This document shows positions 34,887 through 35,726 of a stretch of DNA of 35,726 nucleotides, piece after piece (positions within the stretch are counted from its first letter, which is position 1; each line of letters begins with the position of its first letter). Source of the stretch: a virus. Its lineage: Duplodnaviria > Caudoviricetes. The notes under the pieces are model-generated. The model had not been told where the DNA came from, ran no database searches, and saw nothing but the letters and a program-made list of their open reading frames with translations. The stretch spans positions 1 through 35,726 of IMG/VR virus record IMGVR_UViG_3300034341_000241; one strand, written 5' to 3'. Both the position numbers and the translations under genes were made by a program.

Positions 34887-35218
34887 TTCTCCTCCGGTGC
34901 TTCCGCCTCTAATAAATTTAACCAGTCCTCACAGTCATCTAATAAGTCAACCAGTCCCTCTTCGTCAAGTTGTCGGTATATACCTGAAGTATTGTGACTA
35001 AGGCGATAAGAATCTTTGTGGCATTTATATATTGATCCACTGTTTCCATAAAACAGCCAATAGTTACCATCAAGTTCTACCTTAATGATACCACTGTTTA
35101 AACGCCAATAGTCCCCATCAAGGTAACCTCCACTCCAGCCCCCTAAAACTTTAAAAAGGCCTGTCTCTTTAACTTTAATTATAACCCAATTGTTTGGTGT
35201 GTATTTTGAGCTGTTCAT
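34883..35218 (-). CDS. Conserved phage hypothetical protein
   Basis: PNNWVIIK..FKVLGGWSGGYLDGDYWRLNSGI motif recalled from diverse lytic phages; AT-richer than neighbours. Confidence 0.8.
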   Translation of the reverse strand: MNSSKYTPNNWVIIKVKETGLFKVLGGWSGGYLDGDYWRLNSGIIKVELDGNYWLFYGNSGSIYKCHKDSYRLSHNTSGIYRQLDEEGLVDLLDDCEDWLNLLEAEAPEEK

Positions 35219-35262
35219 TTATTCCTCTAGTCAGTTTTGTGTATTTACTATAGAGTCCTCCC

Positions 35263-35726
35263 TTAAAATTTAGTGTTATTTAAATGAGCACCTCTTAGGT
35301 CAGCACCTCTTAGGTCAGCACCCATCATGTAGGCACCTATTTGGTCAGCACTTCTTAGGTCAGCACCAGTCAGGTCGGCACCTTTTAGGTTGGCACCTCT
35401 CAGGTCAGCACTTCTTAGGTAAGCATTAATTAGATCAGCATCAGTTAGGTCAGCACCTATTAGGTTGGTATCCCGTAGGTTGGCATAACTTAGGTCAACA
35501 CCACTTAGGTCAACACCACTTAGGTCAGCACTTCTTAGGTAAGCACCTATTAGTTCGGCACCTCTTAGGTAAGCATCACTTAGGTCAGCACCTCTTAGGT
35601 CAACACTTCTTAGGTCAGCACCAGTTAGGTAGGTACCACTTAGATTAGCATCCATTAGGTTGGCATAACTTAAGTTGACATCTCTCAGGTCAGCACCACT
35701 TAGGTCGGCACCACTTAGGTCAGCAC
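35263..35726 (-). CDS. Pentapeptide-repeat protein, 5' end beyond the window
   Basis: About 30 A(D/N/Y)LXX repeats; the frame stays open to the window edge (ADLSGADLSGADLRDVNLSYANL precedes the track Met). Confidence 0.92.
   Translation of the reverse strand, partial: ADLSGADLSGADLRDVNLSYANLMDANLSGTYLTGADLRSVDLRGADLSDAYLRGAELIGAYLRSADLSGVDLSGVDLSYANLRDTNLIGADLTDADLINAYLRSADLRGANLKGADLTGADLRSADQIGAYMMGADLRGADLRGAHLNNTKF
35280..35726 (-). repeat. Degenerate 15 bp tandem repeat (consensus near GGTGCTGACCTAAGA)
   Basis: Visible 15 nt periodicity underlying the pentapeptide repeats. Confidence 0.9.

Noticed and set aside
35219-35262. Orphan GGGAGG followed by ATA on the minus strand as a decayed gene start
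   Set aside because: Only six codons to a stop and nothing else supports it.
1-35726. Prophage or temperate functions, tRNA genes, DNA-modification cluster, primase-helicase
   Set aside because: None recognised in this window; primase-helicase and other early genes probably lie beyond the right edge.

Overview
This window is a 35.7 kb piece of a probably lytic, short-tailed dsDNA phage infecting a Gram-negative host; its organisation best fits the Zobellviridae / CW02-ICP2-phiEco32 supergroup (inferred from gene order and motifs, no database search run). Two arms converge on a bidirectional terminator at about 25880-25914. The + arm (395-25872) carries a receptor-binding cassette, terS/terL, portal, scaffold, major capsid, head accessory proteins, tail adaptor and nozzle, a cupin, three ejection proteins, a GH24-like lysozyme, a u-spanin, a tailspike-like protein and a holin candidate. 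The - arm (35726-25919) carries a pentapeptide-repeat protein cut by the window edge, an ECF-like sigma factor, family A DNA polymerase, SSB-like protein, 5'-3' exonuclease, HNH nuclease, metallophosphoesterase, two membrane proteins, DUF3310 and a class II ribonucleotide reductase. No integrase, tRNA, CRISPR array or reverse transcriptase was seen. Best leads: (1) a motif AGAAA-N3-AGAAGGTAA shared by the two large, structured intergenic regions, a candidate promoter for the phage sigma factor; (2) a PolA with E710Q, Y766F and N845V-equivalent changes; (3) near-complete CCWGG avoidance; (4) a tailspike with an apparently inactive CE4 deacetylase domain inside the lysis region; (5) several very basic mini-proteins in the head and packaging module.
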